IMG/VR virus record: IMGVR_UViG_3300031997_002780
Span: 7,919 to 71,918 of that record
Direction: 5' to 3' (one strand)
DNA: 64,000 nucleotides
Origin: a virus
Shown: positions 1 through 9,189 of the stretch, one piece after another
Position numbering within the stretch: position 1 is the stretch's first letter
Layout: each line of letters begins with the position of its first letter
Position numbers and translations under genes: made by a program
The notes under the pieces: generated by a model
Databases searched by the model: none
What the model was told of the DNA's origin: nothing
Seen by the model: the letters and a program-made list of their open reading frames with translations, nothing else

Positions 1-1
1 T

Positions 2-724
2 TGTCAGCTTTTATATTGGACAGATAAGACTAATGATGGCTGGATTTATAAAACTCATTATGATTTAGAAGAAGAAACGGGTCTTACTCTTTATGAGCAA
101 AAAACAGCCAGACAAGTATTAATCGATTTGGGAATTATTGATGAGGAGTATAGAAGATTAGAACACAAAATTCGTTTTAGAATAAATCAAACAATATTAG
201 ATGATTTATGGGAAAAAGAGAATCATGTTTATACAGGAAAAGAAGAACCTGTAAGTTTAAGTGATTATAGGGAACCCGGAATAATCATACCTTATAAACA
301 AACTGAAAATCGTCTTTCTGTTGAAAAACAAGAAAATAAAGATATGATGGATGGAATGTTATTCTACCAATCTAGTTCCCCGGGTGCTAAAAAAGAAACA
401 GTTAAGAACGCAATCATGGATAAGATAGAAACAAAACTTCATATCAACGTAACAGGTAAAAAGTGGAAAGAATTTATTGAATACGCATATGGTCGTCAAG
501 AAAGGCATGGGGAGCCAATTGATAGATTTATTGATTGGATGCTAAAAAACAATCCAAATTCTACATATTGGACACCAGAAAGATTTCAAATGCTTTACCC
601 ACAAGCTTTTACAGATGACCAAAATAAGCCAAAAGAAAACTTTGCTGCACCCTTACCTCCTCGTGAGGAAAAAGAACTTGCACCAATGCCAGATGAATTA
701 AAGCGTAAAAGAAATTTAACTTAG
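2..724 (+). CDS. Phage replication initiator (winged-helix N-terminus), 5'-truncated by the window edge
   Basis: The frame of ORF 128..724 is open back to base 2 and reads CQLLYWTDKTNDGWIYKTHYDLEEETGLTLYEQKTARQVLIDLG, a typical phage initiator HTH pattern. It lies directly upstream of the primase-helicase. Confidence 0.65.
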   Translation, partial: CQLLYWTDKTNDGWIYKTHYDLEEETGLTLYEQKTARQVLIDLGIIDEEYRRLEHKIRFRINQTILDDLWEKENHVYTGKEEPVSLSDYREPGIIIPYKQTENRLSVEKQENKDMMDGMLFYQSSSPGAKKETVKNAIMDKIETKLHINVTGKKWKEFIEYAYGRQERHGEPIDRFIDWMLKNNPNSTYWTPERFQMLYPQAFTDDQNKPKENFAAPLPPREEKELAPMPDELKRKRNLT

Positions 725-740
725 ACTATAGGAGTAAATT

Positions 741-3026
741 ATGGCAAGCATGTTAGATGAGGCGCTAGAATACGCTCGTCGTGGCTGGAAAGTTTTTCCA
801 TGTCGAGAAAAACCCGGTGCAAGTTTTATTAAAAACGGTGAAATTATAACCCCGCAAGAAAAAACCCCTTATATTGCGGGTGGATTAAATAATGCAAGTA
901 TTGATGAAAATCAGATTACAGCATGGTGGACAACATGGAAAGATGCACTAATTGGTATTAATGCTGGCGAATCTGGTTTATTTGTGCTTGATATCGATAA
1001 AAAACATGTTAATGGGTTGGATACCTATAATACGTGGAATATTAATGATTCAGCAGGGCTTCAATCAATTACACCATCCGGGGGTATGCATATCATCTTT
1101 ACGGGTACTGGAAAATCTAGTACTAATGGTAAGACAGGTATCGATACTCGTGGTACGGGAGGTTATTTTATTGCACCTCCAAGCAAAATTCTAGAAGGTG
1201 AATATACAGGTGAATATAAACGCTTTAATGATTGGAGCAACCCTCCCGGAATTATTCCCGATGGTTTAATGGGAAAATTATTTCCCGAAAGCACCATAGA
1301 ATATGTGCGTGGTAGTTCTACCCCTGCTGTTGATGGAATAAAGAAAAAACTAAGTAGAACAACTAGTGATTTTATGACTCTCGGGGCTATGCCGGGAGAA
1401 AGAAATAGTAAGTTATATAATGCTGCCTGTGATTTTGTAGGTTGCGGTTATACGCGAGAAGAAACCAAGGGATTTTTATTTCCTATAGTTGAAAGAATGG
1501 AATTATCAAACTCTGAATTTGAAACAGTACTAGAGCATGCTTATTCTAAACCCCGTACTCCCTCTATCCCCGACTCTATTCAAGAAAAAATTATGGAGGG
1601 TGGAAAAGATGTTGCTAGTAAAATTACTTTTGAAGAACAAGCAATTATGGAAAATGCTGTACTTGCTTGTATGATGTTGGATAATACATCTATTCCTGTT
1701 ATACAAGATATTTTAAATTTCGATGATTTTCGTGTAGTTAAGAATAGAATTATCTATCGTACAATTAATCGTATGTACATGTCTGGTATGCGAGTTGACC
1801 ATTTAACTGTTGCTAGTGAAGTAGAAAAAGAAACCGATAAAGTTTCCTTAGATGATGTTTCTAAATTAACCAGTTTGTATTTTGTCAATACCGATAATGC
1901 AACAACTTATGCTGATATTATTAAAGAAAAATCATCTTTGCGTAAGCTGGAATCATTACTAGACAACAAGGAAAAATATATTAAAGGTAATTTAATTGAG
2001 AGTATTAGTACTTTAGAAAAAGATGTAGCCGATATTGCTTTGGGAAGTGGGATTAGGTCTACCGCAGTATTAAACTCTTCTCAAGCTACTGAACTAGTTA
2101 CTCAAAGAACCGAAATGATGATGAGCGGTCAAATTGAACAATTAAAAATTGGATTTTCTGATTTTGATTATCATGTGGGTGGGTTTTATTCAGATGAGTT
2201 GGTTATGTGCGCCGCTCGCTCGGGAGATGGCAAGAGCGCCTTTATGCTAAGTGTTTTAAATCATGTTTCAATTATACAGGGAAAACCAGCCGTTATATTT
2301 TCTTTAGAAATGTCTACCCATGAATCAATTTGTCGTCTTATTTGTCAGTTAACAGGGATAGCTTATAAAGATGTATATCAGGGAAAAATGAGTACTGATG
2401 AGTGGAAAGAGTATAGGATTGCTATGGAAAGAATTGCCAATAGTCCCTTATACTTTGACGATGGCTTCGGTATGACTGTACCAGAAATTCGTTCTAAAGT
2501 TAGAAAACTGATGGACAAAGGTTTGGTTCTAATTGGAATTGACCAATTAGAACAAATTAAAGGGCATGATGGTATATCAGTCGCAGAACAATATAACAAA
2601 AATGCTTATGATATTAAAAACATGGCTAAAGAATTTAATGTCCCTATTCTTTTGAACCATCAATTGAATAGGAACATAGCAGATAGGAAATTAAAGAATG
2701 TACAACCTATAACCGCCGATTTGAATCAGGCAGGAGAAAAAGCTCCTGACCAAGTTCATATTATATTGCATAATAGAGACGAAAATAATAAAATTATGCA
2801 ATCAAAAATTCAGATTATTAAAAACAGAAATGGTCCAACAATCGATTATCCAGTTATTTTTGTGGGTACAAGAATGTTGTTTTCTAATCCTACAAAATCC
2901 GAAGATAAAATTCCATTTAAGAATAAAGCTGTCGATGAAGAATATACTAGCGATAACCCTTATCAAGATTCACTTAATGCGCAAGCAGATAGTGCTCCTT
3001 GGTGGTCAAAGAAAGAAGATAAATAA
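741..3026 (+). CDS. Bifunctional primase-polymerase (Prim-Pol/PriCT) fused to a DnaB-family helicase
   Basis: N-terminal ALEYARRGWKVFP, VLDID, TPSGGMH, IDTRGTGGYFIAPPS; PriCT-like GERNSKLY; DnaB motifs ARSGDGKS, FSLEM, IDQL, QLNR, KNRNGP. Confidence 0.9.
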   Translation: MASMLDEALEYARRGWKVFPCREKPGASFIKNGEIITPQEKTPYIAGGLNNASIDENQITAWWTTWKDALIGINAGESGLFVLDIDKKHVNGLDTYNTWNINDSAGLQSITPSGGMHIIFTGTGKSSTNGKTGIDTRGTGGYFIAPPSKILEGEYTGEYKRFNDWSNPPGIIPDGLMGKLFPESTIEYVRGSSTPAVDGIKKKLSRTTSDFMTLGAMPGERNSKLYNAACDFVGCGYTREETKGFLFPIVERMELSNSEFETVLEHAYSKPRTPSIPDSIQEKIMEGGKDVASKITFEEQAIMENAVLACMMLDNTSIPVIQDILNFDDFRVVKNRIIYRTINRMYMSGMRVDHLTVASEVEKETDKVSLDDVSKLTSLYFVNTDNATTYADIIKEKSSLRKLESLLDNKEKYIKGNLIESISTLEKDVADIALGSGIRSTAVLNSSQATELVTQRTEMMMSGQIEQLKIGFSDFDYHVGGFYSDELVMCAARSGDGKSAFMLSVLNHVSIIQGKPAVIFSLEMSTHESICRLICQLTGIAYKDVYQGKMSTDEWKEYRIAMERIANSPLYFDDGFGMTVPEIRSKVRKLMDKGLVLIGIDQLEQIKGHDGISVAEQYNKNAYDIKNMAKEFNVPILLNHQLNRNIADRKLKNVQPITADLNQAGEKAPDQVHIILHNRDENNKIMQSKIQIIKNRNGPTIDYPVIFVGTRMLFSNPTKSEDKIPFKNKAVDEEYTSDNPYQDSLNAQADSAPWWSKKEDK

Positions 3027-3823
3027 TGAGTGATTTTGGTTTTATAATTGAAAATATAAGATTTTCATATTCGTCTTTAACAACATATTCTACTTGTCCC
3101 TACTCATTTCGCCTTACATACCTAGACAAATGTGATAGAATAAGCAATTTTTATGGGCAATATGGGAACCTGATTCATGATACAATGTTTCAATACTTTG
3201 CAAGTAACTTAGATGTGTTTGAACTTTCTGGTTATTTTACAAGCAAATATGATACTGTAATGTTAGCACCCCCTCCAAGCTATCCTATTGGTATGGAAGA
3301 AAAATATAAAGAAGCAGGTTTAGAATTCTTCGATAACTTTTCTTTTGATAAAGATTTGTATGATATAATTTTAAACGAAGAAAAACTAGAATTTGAATTT
3401 GATGAAGGTGCAATGTTTGTTGCTAAACCTGATTTAGTATTATTTGAAAAACCAACTGGAAAATTCCTTTTATATGATTATAAAACAGCCGCACCATTTA
3501 GGATAGATAAAAGAAGTGGACTTGAAACAGTTGATAATAAAAAGTTAGAAGGGTATTATAAACAAATGTACATTTATACTTACGCTTTGCGTAATTATAA
3601 ATTTACTCCAATAGATGAAATAGTTTTATGGTTTACCAGACCTGATAGAAAGGTCACAGTTCCTTGGAATGAAGATAAAGAAGAAGAATCTATTAACTGG
3701 TTACACAAAATGATTAGTAAAATAAGAAAAGATGAAAATTTCTTTCCTAACAATAGCAATAGTTATTTCTGTTTGAATTTGTGTTCAGTACGAGATTCCT
3801 GTGAATTTAAACCCGGGGTATAA
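3026..3823 (+). CDS. PD-(D/E)XK exonuclease, Cas4/AddB-like with a probable Fe-S cluster
   Basis: SYSSL..Y..CP, G..IH, KPDL, YDYKT, QMYIY, and C-terminal C-x3-C-x5-C. Confidence 0.85.
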   Translation: MSDFGFIIENIRFSYSSLTTYSTCPYSFRLTYLDKCDRISNFYGQYGNLIHDTMFQYFASNLDVFELSGYFTSKYDTVMLAPPPSYPIGMEEKYKEAGLEFFDNFSFDKDLYDIILNEEKLEFEFDEGAMFVAKPDLVLFEKPTGKFLLYDYKTAAPFRIDKRSGLETVDNKKLEGYYKQMYIYTYALRNYKFTPIDEIVLWFTRPDRKVTVPWNEDKEEESINWLHKMISKIRKDENFFPNNSNSYFCLNLCSVRDSCEFKPGV

Positions 3824-6082
3824 ATGATTACTTATTGCTACGACATAGAATCTTTTCGGAATCTTTTCACAGCCACTTTTGTCAATGTTGAAGATGAAAG
3901 TGAAGAATATGTTTTCTATGTGGGTTTAGATAAAGAAGATTATTCTGATATTAAGAAATTTCTTAATCGGGAAATGGTTTTAATTGGGTACAATAATCAT
4001 TCTTATGATGACCCTATGTTGCGCTTTCTTATGTCGTATGAGGGAGATAAATTCGCTCTAGAATCATATAATCTTACATCTAAATTACTCGATGAAAATT
4101 TCAAGAACGATAAAGCAATATTGGCATTACGTTATCCAAGAAATGTTATTTATCCTTGGAAATCAATAGATTTAATGAAGATACTTGCTTTTGATAAATT
4201 AGGAATTTCTCTAAAACAGACCGCCATCAACTTAAAATGGTACAAAATTCAGGATATTCCTATTAGTCCATTCTCTACTGTTAATGTTAATCAACTACAG
4301 TCTGTCCTAGATTATAATAAAAACGACGTTTTAATCACTAAGAGATTGTATGAAGAAATAGCCCCAATCCGTCAATTACGTACTGATTTAAGTACCCTTT
4401 ACTCTATTGACTTGACATCTGCATCTGATTCAAAGATGGCTAATTTAATTCTAGAAAATATTTATTCTAATGAATTGAAAATGGATATTCGAGCAGTTAG
4501 AGCTATGCGTACTCCTAGAGAAAAGGTTCTACTTGGGGAATGTGTTGCTAAGTTCGTGAATTTTCAAAGTCCCGAACTCAAAGAAATGTTAGAAAGAATT
4601 TCTGCAACTTATGTTTATAATTATAACAATTATAGATATTCTGAAACTGTTTATTTCGCAAACTGCAATTTTTCTTTGGGTATCGGAGGTCTACATACTG
4701 AAGATTCCCCGGGAGTTTTCACTACTGATGAAAACTTTATTATTCAAGATATGGATGTTGCCAGCTATTATCCTAGTCTTATAATTAATAATGGGTTTTA
4801 TCCAGAACATTTGGGACCAAACTTTATTTCTGTTTTAAAGAAGATTACCGCAGAACGTTTACAAGCTAAAAAAGACAAAAATAGAGTAAAAGCGGATGGT
4901 TTAAAGATTACAGTCAATTCTATCTTTGGTAAAATGGGTTCGGAACATTTTTGGCTTTATGACCCTAAAAAATTCTTGTCTACTACCATTAGTGGTCAAA
5001 TGGGGTTACTGATGTTGGTTGAGGGGATGTATTTAAATGGAATAGAAGTAATTAGCTCTAATACTGATGGTGTAGTATGCCGTATTCCTCGTAACTTAGA
5101 AAAAAGATACTATGAAGTTGCCCACGCTTGGGAGAAAGCAACTAATCTAGAATTAGAATTTACTGAATATAGAAAATATGTTAGACGTGATGTTAATTCA
5201 TATATTACTGAGAAATCAGATGGTTATACAAAAGAAAAAGGCGCTTTTTTAAAAGAAGTAGACTTAAAAAAATCTTATCACATGCCAATTGTGGCTAAAG
5301 CACTTCATGCTTACTTTATTAATGATGTACCTGTACGCAATACCTTGGAAAATTGCAAAGATATTATGGAATTTTGTATCTCTCAGAAAAGCGCCAAAAC
5401 CTTTTCAATCGAACTCCATAAAGGGGGGCAAAATATAGAAAAATTACAAAAGACAAATCGCTTTTTTATTACTACTAAAGGCGGCGCTTTAATTAAAAGA
5501 GCAGAATTTACTAATAAACTAATTGGTTTATATGTTGGAAGACAAGTTCAAATTCTTAATGATTATGATGCTAAGATTCCTTTTGATGATTATCATGTAG
5601 ATTTATCCTTTTACGAAAAAGAAGCAATGAAAATCATAGACGATATCGAACCAAAACAAATGATTTTGTTTGATTTGTCGTTTGAAGATTCTGGAAAGAA
5701 AACAAGATTTGAAATTCCAGCAAGAATAAAACCCAAAGAAGAAAAAAATGCTACTTCTAACGATATAAATAAGCTAGGTAAAAATCAGTTGATTAAACGA
5801 ATAGAGGCAATTGTTGAAAATAATCAAAAAATTGATGGAGTAGACCCCCGTTATGTTTATATAGATGCTTTTAATATAAAATCAATGACAGCTATTGTTT
5901 ATTGTTTAGCTAAAGGGGTAAGACAACCCATTCTTATAGATAAACAAGCTTATAAAAAAGCCAAGATAGAAATAGGGCAAATAGTCTATTGTAATAAATT
6001 TGAAAAGAAAGAAGGTCTCTTTTCTATAGCGGATTATCGTATCACTGAGAAACTGGAGGAGATTGGTGAGAAGCTACTTTAG
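3824..6082 (+). CDS. Family B DNA polymerase
   Basis: Exonuclease motifs YDIE, GYNN..YD, YNKND; polymerase motifs DMDVASYYPS, K..VNSIFGK, NTDG. Confidence 0.9.
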   Translation: MITYCYDIESFRNLFTATFVNVEDESEEYVFYVGLDKEDYSDIKKFLNREMVLIGYNNHSYDDPMLRFLMSYEGDKFALESYNLTSKLLDENFKNDKAILALRYPRNVIYPWKSIDLMKILAFDKLGISLKQTAINLKWYKIQDIPISPFSTVNVNQLQSVLDYNKNDVLITKRLYEEIAPIRQLRTDLSTLYSIDLTSASDSKMANLILENIYSNELKMDIRAVRAMRTPREKVLLGECVAKFVNFQSPELKEMLERISATYVYNYNNYRYSETVYFANCNFSLGIGGLHTEDSPGVFTTDENFIIQDMDVASYYPSLIINNGFYPEHLGPNFISVLKKITAERLQAKKDKNRVKADGLKITVNSIFGKMGSEHFWLYDPKKFLSTTISGQMGLLMLVEGMYLNGIEVISSNTDGVVCRIPRNLEKRYYEVAHAWEKATNLELEFTEYRKYVRRDVNSYITEKSDGYTKEKGAFLKEVDLKKSYHMPIVAKALHAYFINDVPVRNTLENCKDIMEFCISQKSAKTFSIELHKGGQNIEKLQKTNRFFITTKGGALIKRAEFTNKLIGLYVGRQVQILNDYDAKIPFDDYHVDLSFYEKEAMKIIDDIEPKQMILFDLSFEDSGKKTRFEIPARIKPKEEKNATSNDINKLGKNQLIKRIEAIVENNQKIDGVDPRYVYIDAFNIKSMTAIVYCLAKGVRQPILIDKQAYKKAKIEIGQIVYCNKFEKKEGLFSIADYRITEKLEEIGEKLL

Positions 6083-6086
6083 ACCC

Positions 6087-6115
6087 TTGACAAAAATAGA
6101 AAAATGTGATATAAT
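6087..6115 (+). promoter_or_regulatory. Consensus sigma70/sigmaA promoter with extended -10
   Basis: TTGACA (6087-6092), 17-nt spacer ending in TGA, TATAAT (6110-6115), then SD AAAGGA and ATG at 6138. Confidence 0.9.
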
Positions 6116-6137
6116 ATATGACCCGAAAGGAAACTAC

Positions 6138-7145
6138 ATGGCACAAACTTTTGAATTTGATGAAATACAATATTATAATTTTGAACAAGGGTTAGACTAT
6201 GATGACGTTTTAATAAAACCCATTTTATCTAAAGTTAATCATAGAGAAGATGTTGATATTTCTGTAAAATTATCAGATACACTAACATTGGAATTTCCTT
6301 TATTGGCAAGTCCAATGCGAGGAATTGTCGATGCTTCTTTTTGTATAAAATTAGCGGAACTGGGAGGTTTAGGGATTCTTCATCGTTTTTATGATACAGA
6401 CGAAGAATGGTTTTCGGAAATAAAAGAAATTTCTAAAGCAAAACAATATGGATTATCTATAGGTTATAACGACGATGTTTATAAAAAAGTTTTAGAATAT
6501 GAGCCAGATATATTGGTTATAGATATTGCAAATGGCTATACAGAATCTATTGCAAAATTCTGCTTGAAAGTAAAAGAATATATCATAAATAAAAAATATA
6601 AAACTTTACTGATGTCAGGAAACGTAGCGACAAGCAAAGGTGTTTCCCAATTAGAAGAAAATGGGGTGGATATTGTTCGTGTTGGGATTGGTTCAGGAGG
6701 ACTTTGCTCAACTCGTAATGTTACTGGAATTGGAATTCCCCAAATTACAGCATTGCTAGATTCTTCTAGATATAGCAATGCTTTTATTGTCGCAGACGGG
6801 GGAATTAAAAACAGCGGAGATGCAGTAAAATCATTTATAGGAGGAGCAGATTTATGTATGGCGGGTAGTTTATTTGCACAGACTTTTGAAAGTCCAAATG
6901 ATTATAAAATTTTTGGTATGGCTAGTAGAGAATTAATGGAACTTAAACATACGCAGATTAAATCAGTGGAAGGATTTTCTAAGATTATAGAAAAAACAAT
7001 GTCTTTAAAACAATTTGTTGATGAGTTTACTTGGGGCATAAAAAGTGCCGGAACATATTTGAGCGCCTATAATATTGGTGAAATTAGAAAAAACGGTTCT
7101 TTTATTCTTACCGGAAAAAATTCTATAAAGAAAGAGTATTCATAA
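6138..7145 (+). CDS. guaC: GMP reductase (IMPDH/GMPR family, no CBS domains); probable start 6138
   Basis: LDYDDVLIKP, SPM, GGLGILHR, DIANG, GNVAT, GIGSGGLCSTR, ADGGI, FGMAS..M....SVEG. The IMPDH flap RY dyad is absent. Confidence 0.75.
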   Translation: MAQTFEFDEIQYYNFEQGLDYDDVLIKPILSKVNHREDVDISVKLSDTLTLEFPLLASPMRGIVDASFCIKLAELGGLGILHRFYDTDEEWFSEIKEISKAKQYGLSIGYNDDVYKKVLEYEPDILVIDIANGYTESIAKFCLKVKEYIINKKYKTLLMSGNVATSKGVSQLEENGVDIVRVGIGSGGLCSTRNVTGIGIPQITALLDSSRYSNAFIVADGGIKNSGDAVKSFIGGADLCMAGSLFAQTFESPNDYKIFGMASRELMELKHTQIKSVEGFSKIIEKTMSLKQFVDEFTWGIKSAGTYLSAYNIGEIRKNGSFILTGKNSIKKEYS

Positions 7146-7765
7146 TGGAATTCCATGATAAAAAATTTTTAATACCGGATAAAGATTTGATTAATAAAAA
7201 ATTTGGTAAATGGACCATATTAAAAAAGGCAGGACAGAGCAAAGACGGATGTTCGTATTGGTATTGTAAATGTGATTGCGGAACTGAAAGAGCAGTTAAA
7301 GAATATAATCTGCTTCTCGGTAAAAGTAAATCTTGCAGAAAATGCTCAATCAATCATCGAAAAGAATACCCGCCCCTTAAAAGAGGTAGACAAAGAAAAC
7401 CTGATGGGATTGCGTGTCGTAATCATGTTTATTATGAATATAAAAGACGTGCCATCAAGAAATGGGGTGCTTTTAAATTAACAGAAGATGAATTTATATA
7501 TTTAATATCTGGCAATTGTTATTATTGCGGAAAAGAACCAAATAATATTAAAAAAAGTCTTAGTAATAGCGGAGATTATACTTATAACGGAATAGACAGA
7601 ATAGATAATACTAAAGGATATAATGTTGATAATTGTGTATCGTGTTGCGAAACTTGCAACAGAGCGAAATTAAAAATGACCAAATTTGATTTTTTAGAAT
7701 GGGTAGATAAAGTATATATTCATCAGCACAAATTAACTGACCACGCAATTAAAAAAGGATTATAA
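7145..7765 (+). CDS. Free-standing HNH (His-Me finger) homing endonuclease
   Basis: KFGKWT..WYCKCDCG..KSC N-terminal module; CYYCG...NGIDRIDNTKGY..DNCVSCC..CN. Confidence 0.8.
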   Translation: MEFHDKKFLIPDKDLINKKFGKWTILKKAGQSKDGCSYWYCKCDCGTERAVKEYNLLLGKSKSCRKCSINHRKEYPPLKRGRQRKPDGIACRNHVYYEYKRRAIKKWGAFKLTEDEFIYLISGNCYYCGKEPNNIKKSLSNSGDYTYNGIDRIDNTKGYNVDNCVSCCETCNRAKLKMTKFDFLEWVDKVYIHQHKLTDHAIKKGL

Positions 7766-8412
7766 TGGAAAATGGATACCCTTTTAGTTTTGATTATCCT
7801 AATTTGCATGCTAATTATATTACAAGAAAAGAGAAAGGACGGGCAGAAATGTCCAGAAAAAAACAAATGAAAATTGTCTATATTGATGTTGACGATGTAT
7901 GTGCAAAACTTTCTACTGTATGGTTAGGACGTTATAATAAAGATTATGATGACCATTTAACAGAAGAAGATATTACTGATTGGGATATACATAAATTTAC
8001 AAAACCAGAATGTAATTTAAAAATATATAAGTATTTAGAAGACCCCAATATGTATAACGAAGTAATGCCGAGAGAAGGTGCGTGTGATGGTGTAAATTCC
8101 CTTAGAGAAATGGGTTATAGAGTTTTATTTGCCACATCTTGTCCAGTAGAGGTGGCAGGAAGAAAATTCTATTGGTTAAAGCAATGGGATTTTATAAAAA
8201 AAGAAAGGGATTATATCGAGATACGAGATAAAAGCTTGTTAAAGGGAGATTACATGATTGACGACAATTATGATAATTGTCGTGGCTTCACTGGTTATGG
8301 CTACCTATTAAAAGCACCTTGGAATATAAAATATAAATGGTATCATCGGGTAGAAGATTGGGCAGAGTTTGTTGCAATATTAAAAGATAAGATAGGAAAG
8401 GGAATGGGATGA
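7765..8412 (+). CDS. 5'(3')-deoxyribonucleotidase (HAD, NT5C family); true start may be downstream at MSRKK
   Basis: IDVDDV, ATS, K..WL, DKSLLKGDYMIDD, APWN. Confidence 0.85.
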   Translation: MENGYPFSFDYPNLHANYITRKEKGRAEMSRKKQMKIVYIDVDDVCAKLSTVWLGRYNKDYDDHLTEEDITDWDIHKFTKPECNLKIYKYLEDPNMYNEVMPREGACDGVNSLREMGYRVLFATSCPVEVAGRKFYWLKQWDFIKKERDYIEIRDKSLLKGDYMIDDNYDNCRGFTGYGYLLKAPWNIKYKWYHRVEDWAEFVAILKDKIGKGMG

Positions 8413-8732
8413 TTGAAAAAACAGCACCTACATTTTGGGCTAAGATTTATATTAGTGGTCCCATTGAAATAGCCGAACAAATAATTCGTCAAGAATGTTT
8501 ACGGGAAGGTTTGTGTGTTACAATAGAACCAACTAAATTTATCTATACTGGCGGAGAAGAAGATGGTTATGTTGTTGGTTTAATAAATTATCCAAGATTT
8601 CCAGCTACACCAAATGATATTGTAATTAAGGCAATGTATTTGGCAAATTTATTATTAGAAGGCACATATCAACATTCGGTTTTAATTATGACACCAAACA
8701 ACACAAGTTGGCTAACAAAAAGGGAAAACTAA
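8409..8732 (+). CDS. Conserved phage hypothetical protein
   Basis: Translationally coupled ORF with the GLCVT...FIYTGGEE.G..VGLINYPRFP pattern. Confidence 0.6.
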   Translation: MIEKTAPTFWAKIYISGPIEIAEQIIRQECLREGLCVTIEPTKFIYTGGEEDGYVVGLINYPRFPATPNDIVIKAMYLANLLLEGTYQHSVLIMTPNNTSWLTKREN

Positions 8733-8733
8733 A

Positions 8734-9189
8734 ATGCCACCTAGTAAGCGCTTTATGGAATTAACAGAAAAAATGAAGGACATCCATATTCGAAAAAATG
8801 CTGGATATGCGGGAGATTCTCCTGATGCTTTTAAAAACTTCAGAGAATCAGAAGATTTTGAAGTTCCCGCATTTAAGGGTTGCATGGTTAGGATGAGTGA
8901 TAAGTGGTCTCGAATTAAGAGCCTATCAAAAAATCCCAAGAATGATATGGTTGGAGAATCTATTAAAGACACCTTAATAGATTTGGCTAACTATTCAATT
9001 ATCGCATATTGTTTATATGAAGAAGAAGAAGCGATAGTAGAAAAACAAAAAATAATAGTTCAGGAAGAAAAAATCAGAAAGGAGAATATTAATGAAGGAA
9101 CTGTTTCCACAAGTGAGACCCGTCTCGAAGACGGCAATGAACATTCTGAAACAACGGTATTTCGGGGATGGAGAGGTAATGTGGGATGA
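8734..9189 (+). CDS. DUF1599 / nucleotide-modification-associated domain 1-like protein
   Basis: KN.GY...AFKNF, VRMSDKWSRI, ESIKDTLIDLANY. Confidence 0.7.
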   Translation: MPPSKRFMELTEKMKDIHIRKNAGYAGDSPDAFKNFRESEDFEVPAFKGCMVRMSDKWSRIKSLSKNPKNDMVGESIKDTLIDLANYSIIAYCLYEEEEAIVEKQKIIVQEEKIRKENINEGTVSTSETRLEDGNEHSETTVFRGWRGNVG

